NCBI GenBank assembly: GCA_011109175.1
Contig: RDEW01000001.1
Span: 2,173,485 to 2,237,484, forward strand
Length of the DNA stretch: 64,000 nt
Direction of reading: 5' to 3'
Origin: Dicyema japonicum
Lineage: Eukaryota; Animalia; Dicyemida
Positions 10,713 to 23,591 of this stretch are shown one piece after another (position 1 is the stretch's first letter; every line of letters begins with the position of its first letter). Position numbers and translations under genes: made by a program. Under the pieces are notes generated by a model. It did not search any database. It worked only from the letters and a program-made list of their open reading frames with translations, and was not told where the DNA came from.

Positions 10713-12164
10713 ATGTCACCAATAAATCTTGACATTAATGATAATGATGATTACCTTTGTGTTGAATTCCCTGGATTAGTTAAGACTCCTTCCAAGGCAA
10801 TTGAGCTACTTGGTGGATTAGAGTCTCTTTCCAAGGTTTACAGCTCATATAATCCCTTTAGGCTCTTAACAACTCCGATACTCATCCAACTCTCAACTTC
10901 CGTCCTCACGACATTTATTCAAAACCAATAATTGGGACTAAAAACCAACGAAGGAATATATTCGTCTTCAAAGCCGTGCAAAATGATGACGAATCCGTCA
11001 CTGTTGACTTTTTGGGGAGAGCTCGACAAACTTTCTGCTTTGAAAGTATTTTTGTGCTTAATTTATAGCTATGGCTGAGTTTAGTTACCTTAATGTACAA
11101 AAAAATGATAATGGAGATTTTGAGTCCTTGGAGAAACTCAGCAGTCTGGACACTGTTAACTTCGAGGAGATGTTATCCCGTCCTCTTCCTCTTTTCATGC
11201 AACCCTTAACTTTTTCGAGGATCGACAAGACCATCGACTACGCTTATAGAATGAAGTCCAAACAAAAAAGTATTGCCACCATCTTATCTCACAGAATCTT
11301 ACAATTATTCCTCCAAACACTATCTGCAGTTTGGAGAGACAGTTCCCACTCAGGGAAACAGGGATGAGGTCTTTGAACGATTCAGGGAGAATTACCCCAC
11401 TTATTACCTGGAATTCGAGAAGGTTATATCATTTGACCATTCCAGTGTTTTGAAGAAAAAATCATTTGGTCTTCTTCTGAAATTCTGGCACGTGGCATTA
11501 TTAAACCACACATTCTGAAGAAATACGCTTCGGGTTTCGCATATATGTATAAGACCGGTCCTTGGAGATCCCTTTGGATCAGAATTGGCTTCGATCCTAC
11601 CAACAACCCTGTGGCCAAACCCTTCCAACTGATAGAAGTCCGGTCCGCAAAATGTATTCTTTTTAACTCATATCAGACTGTACTGAGAACTTCATGATCT
11701 CAAAGGACTCGATCCCACAAGAAACCGAGACTCGTTACCACATTTTAACCCAAAAACTCCAAATAGTCGAGTGGGAGCTACATTCGACTTTTCCCAGGAC
11801 GAACCAAAATCCTCAAAACCCATAAATATTCCAACAGTCAATTTTGAAGGTTATTCGTAGAAATATACTCCTGGAGTTCTTCCACAGCACTACAATTCCT
11901 TATTTCACGTGCACTCAATTGAGATTCCTATAGTACAAGAGATTTTGCACATGAATGACGGAAAGGTGTCTGTTTGTGTTTATATTGTAGGAGACTGAGT
12001 GCACTTTTCAGGATGGGTGGTTATATCCGGGATCAGTCTCTAAAATCCGGGAAATTGTGTTGGAGGATATAAGGATGACTTTGCAAGGTAGTATTGTCTA
12101 TGATTTTGTAGATAACATTGATGATACACAGGCTTCCCTTAATGTCCTTATAGACAATCAGTGA
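10713..12164 (+). CDS. GTF3C5: RNA polymerase III transcription factor TFIIIC subunit 5 (tau95), multi-exon
   Basis: N-terminal CVEFPGLV...AIELLGG...LNFRPHD and central YKTGPWRSLWIRIGFDP. The frame is restored by GT-AG introns at 10836-10861 (26 nt), 11046-11068 (23 nt) and further 23-25 nt introns; TGA at 12162-12164. Confidence 0.85.
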
Positions 12165-12339
12165 TTTTTATATTTTTTATTTAATTTGTATTATTGAACT
12201 CATGCGAGTCATCTTTAATAAGTTATGTATTAGAATAAGTTTAATCTTTGCAGTTAAAATTCACTAAGGGATTTCTGTGAGGAAATTATTCATGTAAATG
12301 ACAAGTGTACGTAATTATCGGAATTTACGAAAGAGAAAA

Positions 12340-12530
12340 CGGTTTTATACAATAGAAGTCAGGTAGTTGCCGCCCTCACTGCGTGGCTGTTCCCTCTCAA
12401 AATTGCGAGCGAAATTCGCTCAAATAGCCAGCGGCGTTCACGGAGGTCTTCAGTGCATGAGGTGATCCGGTTTCCAAGACGTCCGAAAACTCGAGTGTAG
12501 AAAGGGAGTAGGATCCGGAAGTCTCCATAG
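12340..12530 (-). mobile_element. CRE-like 3' fragment
   Basis: RRWLFERISLAILRGNSHAV, the C-terminal motif of the CRE copies. Confidence 0.65.
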
Positions 12531-14179
12531 CAAGGGAAAGAGAAAACTATTAAATAAAAATTCACGTTTGATCGCTCAAAGTACAAATCGTGTAGAGATA
12601 TATACAATTGATGCTTTAATATCAAGACTTTTGTCTAGAAAATCGCGATTGAGTCAAAATTTCGGAAGAAAATTCCTATTTGAATAATATGATAGAGTGA
12701 GCTCGATGAGGAAATGCAAATTCATTTTAATCGTCGATACGTGGACACAGAACACCAAAAACCCTTCTGAACTGCATCGGATCGCGTATAGGATAGAGAG
12801 AAACGAGCTGGTTTGTTGAGCGTATTTCCTTATAAATCGGTAGGGGAAATGCGTTTCAATTCTGAGAGCGACCAACCTTGATTTAATAAAACTTTTAGTA
12901 TTTGTTAACTGTTCGCGCTTTTTCGAATAACTCTGAGAAAGATAATTATTTTTTATTTATGAGAAAATTAGGTAAGGTTCAGTTAAAATACATGAGTCCA
13001 GCTCCGACGAGTCTGGATACCTATCTATGGTCTCTCATGGCATTCCAACCACTAAGTCGTTCTAGGTCGTCCGCAGAAGGGTTTGTCACAACTGTCAGAG
13101 TAATCTTCTATCGCTTTGTTAGTGGGTGCATTCGGCTTCATTCTTAATACATGTCCAAAAAACCACCTCAATCAGAACCTATAATTCTATATTATATATT
13201 TTTTTCTAAAAATTGTTAAATACTATTTATCAAATTAATATTTAAATAATTTAATCAAATTATTAACACGTATTGGTTATTTGTGTAAGTTGATGAAATC
13301 TCAACGGTAATACAATGTATGACACCAACTAGTACTAGCAAAGGATCTGCCGCACGTAAAGGTTCATCAAATTCAGCAATGTGGCAAATGTACTCTTCAG
13401 AATCAACCTTAATAAAAATGTTAACTTGTAGTAATAATGTTTTAGAGGACCCATCCACGTAATACTCTTTGGATGTGCTCTAATATTTGTTGTCTTTGTT
13501 TTGCATGCCTTCTCTAAGTTGGCTTAAATTTAATTTTAATATTTTTAATTTCCGTTTTTTTTCTTTATTTAGATTTTTTAATTCACGGTTATCTCTGGTG
13601 TTGTTATTATTATTATTCAATGTTTGAAGGAAGCAATATTGTGGTTAAGTCCTTCCGATGACTTTTATTGATTAGCTGTCTGCCCTTATTGATTATAAGT
13701 TATCAAGGTTTTCATATGCTCGCTTATTTATGGAAAAACTACCTAAATTCTAGTCAACATACCCGATCATTCTTCTTTATTAAGCAACTACCAAATAGTT
13801 TGCTTGGTAGTGGTTTCGTGGCGGACACCAAGCTACCTTTTTCAGATTTTGAGAACTGAATTCTCATTGAATGCCCGTGATTTCACCTTTTTCGAGAAGT
13901 TCCTTGGTGAGGAGTTCTTTCTTCATAACTAATAGGAACTCCTCCGCATGAACGATCTTGCTTCCAAATGTGTGTCTTATGAAAGGAAATGGTGGGTAAA
14001 ATAAAAACAATAAATTAATCCGAAATTTTTTTTATAATTGTCTTTTGGATTGTGAAGTTTCGGTGTATTGAAGCCTGTCTGTATGGAAACTTTTTAAAAT
14101 TTTGCTGACTCATCCGAAAAATCGGATTAATGGGGGTTTACTGTTTTTGTCTCGTTTCTGAACGGTATTTTACGAAAAT

Positions 14180-14500
14180 TATTATCTAACCACGAAAAAA
14201 GAAACACATAGAAAGGAGGAGTTAAACCATCTAATTAAGTGATCCCTGTAAACCTCAACAAGATCGAGAGTTTTTTGCTGTACTCTTCAGCTTTTTTGAA
14301 TCCACGACGTTCTTCTTTCGTGAGAATTTGGAGAGGGATAGGCTTTTTTCCCAATGTATGTGAACCGGCGGCTTCTATTGCTGATTGGTAGAATCGATCG
14401 GATTCCGAGCCACAGATAGTGATTATTCCGGATTGGAGTTTAGAAAGGTTTTGATGACGTTGAAACTATTCTTTAGCCTGGTAACATTTTTTGTGGTTGC
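14180..14500 (-). mobile_element. Family A LINE 3' fragment
   Basis: Similar to 9950-10310, with GGGATCACTTAATTAG and a TAATAA tail. Confidence 0.7.
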
Positions 14501-14890
14501 AGTCGATGTCAGTCACAAAAGAACAACTCATAAATACAAGTAAGCAGTCGAACCATTAAGACACACATTTATTTAATAACATCAAGACAACTAAAAAGTA
14601 AAACCAACAAATTAATTTCAGCTTTAACAAATATTGAATTCTAGACTGACCCATCGGTAATCCCACTGATTTCATGAAGTGTTTCTACTAATTTCATCAG
14701 AGAAACCCGATCGGGGTGTTCTTTCTCAGGACATATCGGGATTCCTCTGCATGTAACCTCCAAAATATGTAATTATTGACGTATTAATTAAAACATGACG
14801 TTTGTCCTTACAAAAACATTATACTAAGAATTGTATAATTAAACAATTTCAAAATATTATTAGGAAATATTAGAATGTTAGTAAATAGAG

Positions 14891-16523
14891 TTATTGTTTT
14901 AGAAATTTAATGTAATTATTAAGTTCCGCACTCTTCTGCATTTCATCATTTAGTTTCCCCACAAGCCATTTGCTAAGTCTCTATGACGTCAATGATGACG
15001 TAAAACCTTAAGTGCTTCATTCTCCACAACAGTTTTATCAGCTTCGTCGTCAAAAGGTTGAGATCTTCTGTGTATGATATTCCTGGTGACCTTCCATTCT
15101 TTAGTCATACTTTCCTTCAGTGATGAACCTGTTATGTTTAGGTCAACAATTACACAAATCGTCTATTTGTTTGTCTAAATATTCGCTAAGATCATCCTCG
15201 ATTATGGTCACGTTTGGTGGTTCGGAGGAATCTTCAATATTAACCTCTTCTATTCCAATGAAGTTGGTCTCATCCAAGTATCCGTCGAAGAGATCTCTAT
15301 CTATTTGGTTCTCTGTAAGTTTCTCAGTTAGGCTGACTTCCTTACTTTTGGATTTGGTGAGCTGAAAATTAAGTGAAGATTCAAACTTGTCTTCTCAAAT
15401 GAGTCAGGGACCTCGTATAATTCCAAATATCATCAACTTCCCCTCTCGACTCTATTTGGGTCTCAATTGCATTTTGTAGTTCTGTGACAGATTTTTCATG
15501 TCTCCGAATTTCATCCTGGATGGCTTCAGTAGACATTAAAATACTCCCATAAGCTCCACCATATAAATTTTTCTCAACACTAAACAAAAGTTCTTTAAAT
15601 GACTTCTTCATCCTTACCTTGACACGTGCTGGCCTACAAAAAATATGTCTGATCTTTTCAGAATAAAGTCAAAGATCTGGTAGTCAAGGTGAAGACGAGA
15701 TGCGAAAATAAACCCAATTTTTTTAAGAGACATTCCTGTGGTCCTTTCCTTCAAAATAGTTAACCACTGCTTACGTGAAAGGACATAAATCTGATGTGTC
15801 GTATAATACAGCCAAACATCATTCTTTTGTAGTCAGACAGTTGGTTGATTTGGCATTTTATGATCTCTATGAGATGATCCTCTGAAATGGTAAGGGACCA
15901 ACTGATCACCAAGAATTGAATCAAAGAGGTCAGGTCTGTTTTCAAAAAGTGCCTCCCCCAATCGTTCAATGTAAAGTTTTATTAAATCGGCAACAAAGGA
16001 CACAGAGTAATCCTGAATTCGCACATGTCCCCCAGAATTATATATTTGAACGACTTTCTCCAACTCTACAAGTTTAGTGGAATTCCTATAAATTCCTTTT
16101 TCGTAAATCCCTGGTTCATGAATTATTTACAATCACCTTCCTGCTCCACATAGGCAATCCAATCAGTAAAGAAATCGGGGATGAGCAGTGCACTACCATT
16201 AGTTTTCTCCGCAGCCTCCTTGGGGGTCACTCCAAACACTTTATTGTTGGCCTTGAAACGACCTTTCGTCGGTGTTATGGGTTTTTTTCTCACACTTTTA
16301 GACTAAATGTTAATTGCTGTTAATGGATATGACAGTGAACTAAATATACCTTGTTAGTCACGTGTGATGACCGTAGACTGGCAGATGTCTAATTTAAGTC
16401 AAAACAAATATGCCTCTTTGTATGACTCGATCCTGAAGCGAACAGATTTCGCCTTACTTTTGTCTTGACTGCTACAAAAATGATAAATAAATCGTACAAT
16501 ATCCTCCGTAGGATGGTTGACAT
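14891..16523 (-). CDS. RALBP1: RalA-binding protein 1-like RhoGAP, multi-exon
   Basis: Spliced RhoGAP domain (KVFGVTP...WIAYVEQEGIYEKGIYR...VADLIKLYI) followed by AIQDEIRRHE and IWNYTRSLTHLRRQL, matching RalBP1 (IKEEIRRQE, LWEVQRILTALKRKL), then a coiled-coil C-terminus. Introns are about 25 nt; the start codon is inferred. Confidence 0.7.
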
Positions 16524-17459
16524 TAAAAATTTACGCAGATAATGCTTAATAAGACTAAATGGCCGTCCATACTTGCATCATACGACTAAAGTCCAGGCAA
16601 AAATTATCTACGTTTTGTTTGACGTACAAAAAAAAGTACATTTAAGGTAGAGTAAGATATTTTATTACAAAAACAAATAGTAATGAGCCACAACTAGGGG
16701 CACTTTCCATTAAAATATTCCACTAAAGTAACCGTCACTAACAATCTGTTTTACTCTTCTAAAGTCAATTTTAGACGTTGCTTAGGGCATTTTCCATATA
16801 ATTTGGGGATATTTATTATTAAGTAAAGACAATAAAGCACATTACGACGTATCAAACCACTCACAGTAGTTAATTAGAAACACGGAAATCATATAACAAG
16901 TCTCTGATAACTCTTCAATACTCTTGAACAACAAGAAATCGATTCCCATAATAATTCGATGACTGAAATTTGTGCCAAATGCAATTTATTTGTTTTAATT
17001 AGGATTTTCGTATATACCAGTGCCCAGTCGACTTGAAGGACATACATTTATGATCACAAGGATTTTGATGAAGATATAATCAGGTAGAAAGTGAATTTCT
17101 TAAGAAAACATAGATCTTGTCACATTTTGCGGGTTTCAGTTTTTCTGGAATTTATCGGATAAATCTTTAACAGGTGTTATTCTCGTGAAAGAGGCTTTCG
17201 ACATTGAATCTGTCGTAATTTGGAATCACCATTTTCCATGTCTTCCAAAAAACCTTAACATTGGAAGTGAGAATACTGAGAATTTTGACTCTGGAACCTA
17301 TGTGGAATAAATTTGATTAAACAATCAGAAAGAGACATTTAAGGGGTTTAATTCTACCAAGGACAAAGGCCATAAATCTACAATCAAACATGGTAGGCAA
17401 TAAAACTATTGTTTAAATACTTTCAATAATTTAAAGCTAAAATCACTATTTTTATTGAT

Positions 17460-17750
17460 TCCTTTCTTTTTATCCTCAGGAAAAATCAAAAAAGATGGTA
17501 AACAAACTAATTAAGTGATCCCGGTTCCCTTTATAACTCTCAACAGTTTCATCCTTTGCTCATCAAGGGACCCTTCCACTTTCCGGAAGTGTGTGTGCTT
17601 GTGTCTACACAGAAAGTCGATGAGGACGGATGTCTGAGGAAAGATAGTCTATTTCAGTTCGTGCCATGGATGAACATAGTGTATTCGCATGCTTTTTCAG
17701 AACCGGAGAAATCAGCGACCATCCCTTTCTTCCATTTAGGAGTTAATTTA
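17460..17750 (-). mobile_element. Family A LINE 3' fragment
   Basis: CCGGGATCACTTAATTAG terminal motif at about 17508-17525. Confidence 0.6.
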
Positions 17751-17764
17751 ATTTATTAACACCT

Positions 17765-18240
17765 AAATTACAAGAAAGATGATAAGAGTTATCACCTAAT
17801 CAAGTGATCCTGGTGTCTATACCAGTCCTTTTCTTACGGTTAGTTTTGGAGTCTCCAAAACGGGGAAGGTTTCTTCTCGTATCTCGGGCAGGTGTCCATA
17901 TATAGTTTGATGTCAGTACCGAGAGGATGGTTAGGGGGCTTTGCCATCTTGAGGAAGTCCCAATGGCGTTCCGTAAGGTATTCCATGAGTGGGGGGACGT
18001 TTAATGTTTTCTAAAGTAACGACGTGAACGTCCTTTTCGACGATCTCAACAATATTTTGAGACATCAGTTTTGTAAAACTTCCAGCTTGCTCTGTACCGA
18101 TAGTAATAACGGGGCAATCTATTCAGCACAACCGTAGTTGCTACTCGGTAGAACAATCTGTTTGTATAGATGTTCTAACGATGGGCAGGAAAATATTGGG
18201 GAATGCTTAAAAACCTTGAGAATTCCAATAACTCTTAGCT
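17765..18240 (-). mobile_element. Family A LINE 3' fragment
   Basis: GILKVFKHSPIFSCPSLEHLYKQIVLPS... ending PGSLD*; homologous to 7025-7500. Confidence 0.7.
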
Positions 18241-18679
18241 TTTTTGATTACGTCATTCTGTAAAGATGAAAGAGTACACACTTCACCACTTTGATGTGTG
18301 GACAAATCACTGTTTAACATTTTATCACAACGAGGTGTCAAAAAAATCATCAGTATTTTATCAATGACTCACAAAAATCAGTCAGAAAGTTGATGTGGCG
18401 ACGTACTTATATTGCACGAGATACCTACTTAGTTTCATGATATGTGAAAGCCTCTGTCTTTTTTCTTCTTGTAAGAATGGACGAAGTTAAGACCCAAAGT
18501 TCTGAGCAAAAGAAGTATTGGATGTACATTATAATCTTGCCCTGTCCAAAAATGAAAGAACTTTGAAGAGTCAGAAGCTGTATTGAGTACTGATAGTAAA
18601 AGACTCTGAAAGTAAAATAAAGACTGAAGATAGTTCATTCTTTAATAATACAGTATATTTATTCATTTTTACCGAAAAT

Positions 18680-18750
18680 GGTCCCCGCCGATATAATCGA
18701 CGAAGCGTTGCCTTTCACGATTGCACTGGAGATCACTGGGGATTCGAAAA
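18680..18750 (-). mobile_element. Tiny CRE 3' fragment
   Basis: Reverse complement closely matches 3830-3890 (GCAATCGTGA(A/G)AGGCAACGC...CGGCGGGG). Confidence 0.6.
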
Positions 18751-18784
18751 GGGATTTTTATATGACATTTCATCTAATTACATT

Positions 18785-19600
18785 TTAAATGCTCCTGCCA
18801 ATTGTGATAAGCAAAAAGTCCTATTTGTTTTGTGTCTTCGAAAAGAAGAAAGAGTTGTTTGAAAAGACAGAAGATGTAAGAAGGCTTGCCTGCCTCAAAA
18901 CAGCCAGTTGTCACTCGACGGGGGCCTGGATGAACGCTCATCCATCTGCCGAAATTGGAAACCTGTTGGATGATGAGGCTGTGAGAATAGCTACCTCGCT
19001 TCGTCTTGGTCTTAAATTGTGTGCCGAAAGAAAATGCCGCTGTGGACGTTGGATCGATCCCTTTGGTTATCATCCTTGTCATGCAAGATGAGTGCGGTTC
19101 GTTTCCCCAGACACTCCTGTCTTAACATGACATTAGAGAATTCCCTTGCCTCTTCTGGACACCATTGCCTGTTAGAACCTGCTGATCTTTCCCGAAACGA
19201 TGGAAAACGCCCTGATGGGATGACGACTTTTCCATTCGCCAACGGACGAAACCTGAGCTGGGACGCGACGTGTGTTGATACTTATTCCCTGTCTAATTTG
19301 GTTGCTTCTGCTTCAGACCCAGGACATGCTTCAAAGCAGGCCGAGGAACGAAAGAGGAGGAAGTACATGAGAATTTCGGAGGAGTATCTTTGTGTTCCAT
19401 TCGCAGTGGAAACGTCAGGAATCCTTGGCCCCCAAGCAGATGAGTTGGTTCGTAAGATCGGCTCCATGATTCAAGCTGTGACCAAGGATCCGCCAGAGAC
19501 TGGTTGGTTCCGAGAACGTATCTCGTTGGCTATTGTTAGGGGAAATAGCATGGCCATTCAAATGCCTTAATTTAATTTTTATTCATTTGATAATGAATTT
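18785..19600 (+). mobile_element. CRE-like 3' fragment with largely intact RLE domain
   Basis: HSTGAWMNAHP...RKCRCG...RH...DGKRPDGMTTFPF...WDATCVDT...PFAVETSG...RERISLAIVRGN. Confidence 0.85.
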
Positions 19601-19859
19601 TTTAGTTAAAAAAAATTACATTTTTAGATGCTAAATCTGTTTATAAGACCTTAAAAATCAATTCTAGAATCTTAAATTTTTTTTTCATTTTGTGGTTTTT
19701 ATGACAACTTTATAGTTTTACTTAAATGAAGAACTTTGAGAAATTTGTATGATTTTTGGTCGGTCCCAAAATCGGCGGATTCGAGAGGTCGTTTTTTTAT
19801 TTTTGTAAGATAAAAAATAACTTTTAAATAATTAATTTATGCTAAGCGCTACCCGCTTT

Positions 19860-20870
19860 AAAACACTTGGGTTTGGACATCAATGTTAACAAATCAGAGT
19901 TAAAAATGTCTCATATCCAAACACCGACTTTCCCTCTATCAAGGAGTCTTTTAACGAACTGCTTCCTGGGGTCCCGACTGTGCCAGTTGATAAATTATAT
20001 TTCCTCGGATGCCCACTCAGCTAAGAAGAACTCAAGAACCATCTACTTTCCAAAAATGAAGAATTAACACGCCTTGGAAAAAGATTGTCATGTCTCGACT
20101 TTCACACATCTTGCTTCCTGATGAGAAAAAACATCGGACTACCCAAGCTTTTATACCTACTCCGATGTTCACCCTGCTACGAACAATACGACAGTCTACT
20201 TTCGATAGACAAATCTTTCAAACAAACTGTTGAGCCACTAATTAACGTCCACTTCGACGAACTTGGTTGGAAGCAATGTAAGCTTCCCTCAGGTTTTGGG
20301 GTGTCGGTCTAAGATCGGCGCTGGAGGTCGCGTACCCGGCATATCTATCGTCTCTCTCAAGCTGCAGACATTTGACACGGCAAGTCCTTCATCACACTGC
20401 TGGACTTCGCTGGAATGAGTCATTTGACGAAGCTTGTCGGAAATGGAACGGGTCCGGACTCAAAATCCACGAAGACTCAACGAAACAAAGTAATTGGGAT
20501 AACATTGTCTGCTCCAAAATTTTGGAAGATTTTAAAAAAGAAGAAAATCAACATCGTCTTGCTTGTTTGGTGTCAGCTTCAAGTGGAGGGAGTGGATGTG
20601 CTCGTCAGAGCTCTGAAGGCTACAGGCTTCCCAGCACAGCTTGAACCAGTGGGTCTCGATCGAGGAGATGGAAAGAGACCTGACGGGATGACCCTTTTCC
20701 CTTTCACATCCGGAAGATCTTTGGTCTGGGACGCAACTTGTGTTGACACATTCTCAAGCACGAATATTTAAAAATCAGTTCAGACATCTGGAGCAGCTGC
20801 TTCGACCGCGGAAAACCTAGAAATCAAGAAATATTCCTGCCTCGGGGACCGCTACCGATTTATTGAAGAA
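19860..20870 (+). mobile_element. CRE-like fragment with internal deletion
   Basis: GLDINVNKSEL, LPKLLYLLRCSP, WKQCKLP..., then a jump at about 20580 to RALKATGFPAQLEPVGLDRGDGKRPDG...WDATCVDT. Confidence 0.8.
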
Positions 20871-20929
20871 ATTATCTGGTAGTGTAAATCCCGTGGCTTA
20901 AGTCTCTCAATGGAAAAGTCAAAAGCTAT

Positions 20930-21370
20930 GAGAATTTCACACAATATAAAGTTTTTTCGACAGGAGTACACACTGATGATATCAGCAATGTTGATCATTT
21001 GCGTTATTTATGTGTCTGTTATGGGTGTAGAGGAAATTATGAAAAAGGTGCCAAAATGAGGAAAAAGGCATACAAGCACTTCTGTGTCTACGAAAACTCG
21101 ATTTGAAGAAAAAGACGTTTATCTTTATTTTTGAAAGAATTTTCCATCTACGGATGTGAAGGATGGTATTTTTCGCCCAAAAGAGAAAGAATAATCAATT
21201 TTTTGAACATAACGAGGAGGATGGCAATCAAGCTGGCCCTTCATAAAAAGGGTGAAGAACCGCTAGATGAAGAGGAGAAAACCCTGATTGTTATGTTGGT
21301 TGTCAGATTATCATTTTTGACTCTCATTAATACATTTATACCCAAAATGTTGGAATTACCACGATTTTGG
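20930..21370 (+). mobile_element. Possible Chapaev (CMC) transposase relic
   Basis: Degenerate FPSTDVKDGIF and VGCQ..IFDSH..Y..NVG resemble Chapaev FP.LS.AK.KEGIF and LGC.MS.KIHFL.SHLD.FP.NLG. About 80 bp is repeated at 27075-27160. Confidence 0.45.
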
Positions 21371-21399
21371 AAGACTACTGTCAATCCCATCAACAACAG

Positions 21400-22400
21400 T
21401 GATGACTGAAAAATCCCCCCAAACGACAAACAAGTCAAAAACACAATATATGACCTCACATAACTCACAAAATCATATACCGATAAATCCTGACGCCAAC
21501 GCACGTGGCCAGCCATCTGTAGTGGTGATCGAACCCTACAATACAGGTTTTGCAAACTCGACAGTGTTTACAGCTATTAAATCTGAAATATTCCAAAATA
21601 AGCACACGTGGTGTTCACAAAATAAACAGTCAAAGAAGTCTTTTTATTGGTTTCGTAAGTTACTTTTGTTGCAAAACGGAAACATTTCTGTAGACAATGC
21701 TCCACCACGACTTCGAGTTGAAACATATTGAAGTTTTAAGAACTATCTACCTAATTTTGTCTACAAGTATGGGATATCTCATTCCAGAAATTTGCTCAAC
21801 CTTATTATTAATGTAACAAATTTAAAACCATATTACCTTGCAGATTCTTATCATTCTTAGTCGAGAAATCCCTCCACTGCATTCAGTTGGAGACCTCGAT
21901 GGTTACATCAAAATCCCCAGAAAGATCAATGTCAAGGATTGTAGTTGCATTTTGGTATCTTTGGTTTACGGCGCAGCAACTCGGACTCTTAGTTACTGTA
22001 AAGCATAGTAATTTGTCAGTTTTTGTTGCGTTAACAATGAGTTGTGGAAGCAAATTATTTTTCTAACAATTTGATCTTTCGAGCTTTTTCAACACAGGAA
22101 ACGATAATATTTTTTTGGAATAAATAATTCAAGATTTTGCACATCACAGCCGCATGGAAGTTGGTGGTTGTAAAGTTGTTGTTTTTGATTGCTTTTTTAT
22201 TATCACTGACAAATTAGGAGGGAAACATGGCCGCCTTGTGATCCCGACCTCCTTAAGCAGCCATCTCACCTCTGTTCGGCGTTCGTCCTTAGATCCGATG
22301 CACTTTCTGCACGTCTTCATCTCATCGTGGATACAACTTTTGTCCCCCTTTTTTATGGACTCAGAAGATATCGAACACGAAAACATCTGATGCGGCAATG
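21400..22400 (-). mobile_element. Heavily decayed LINE (APE-like remnants)
   Basis: Fragments such as LSGDFDVT...WRDF and a Cys-rich upstream stretch; many stops. Confidence 0.3.
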
Positions 22401-22636
22401 TCAGGGTTCAAATCTGCATGAAGGAACAAGGTAATACATGAAGGAACAATCAGTATTCGAATGTTCCCTGAAATTTTCAGAGAAATTAAAGTAAATTTTT
22501 TTCCAGGAAATCATAATTAATTAAGGATAACTAACAAATGATAAAAATGAATAATTGGTAAATTAATCAAAATAATGTTATCATGATAATTTGTTTAATC
22601 GAGTATATTAATAACCACTGAAAACAAAGTTAATTT

Positions 22637-22870
22637 CATTATTATTAGCACTTTCACGAGAGCCATAATATTTGTGACACCACATGTGCAGCAAAAAATA
22701 TAAGAAAAAGAGTTACCTTGTTCCAGAATTTTCTGTTCTTAGTCAGATTCCTCAGTTTGTCCAGGTTGTCAGCAGATGTCGATGTTTTTTTATGCCTTTC
22801 AGATCGCCTTGTAAAACGACCGGGAGGGTTGTTCTTGGTCTTTTACAAAAGCGTTTTACACAGTTAATTT
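22637..22870 (-). mobile_element. RTE-like (family B) 3' fragment
   Basis: RPRTTLPVVLQGDL...SADNLDKLRNLTKNRKFW, homologous to the end of ORF 40616-43558; tail TTATGGCTCTCGTGAAAGTGCTAATAATAAT. Confidence 0.75.
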
Positions 22871-23591
22871 TATCAAAAAAATCTTTTGAAAATAAATTCA
22901 AATTTTAATAATCGGGGCCCACTAGGGCCTGCAGGCATTGAACACACTATGGGCGTTACCCCAGGAACCCAATGTTCTGAAGAGTTATTGTGTCATTCTA
23001 GGCTCTTTCTCCTCAATCCTGCAAGCCGCACGATTAGCCTGATAAACTATCACGTGCTATGGCAAATAACGCCAGAAGTATCAACAGAGATCGACTGTAA
23101 AAAATATTAAAATAAAACAATTCAGAATACTATTTTTATGAGAAAATAATGGTTAGCAAGTTGCTTATCATAAACTTATTTTTCCATTTAAGTTTATGTG
23201 ATATAATAATAACTGAATATCATTATTCTTAGTTGATTCAAAGCATCCATATAGTGGGTTCTCATTTTTCATGAAATTATCGATCTTCTATGAAGGTGGT
23301 TATTATTTTAAATTAGAATTTATTTAACTACTTCTTTATTACCAAAGAATCACCGTGTTGATGAAGGGCAAATGTCTTCAACTAACTGATGATCTTAGTT
23401 CTCACAATCAAAGATAAACCGTCAAGTGGAGCAAGGAAAAGCAATAAATTTTAGATTATAAAAAAATATTAAAAAGTAAATTTATTGTTAAAAATTAAAT
23501 TTTTAGTTTCAATTAATATATTAACAAAAATTAGTTTTTAAACTGGCTAATCATATTTCAATAAAATTTTTACTTTTAAAATTTAGTCAAA

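Noticed and set aside
13255-13458. 67-aa ORF as a host gene exon
   Set aside because: No recognisable family and no consistent start or splice model.
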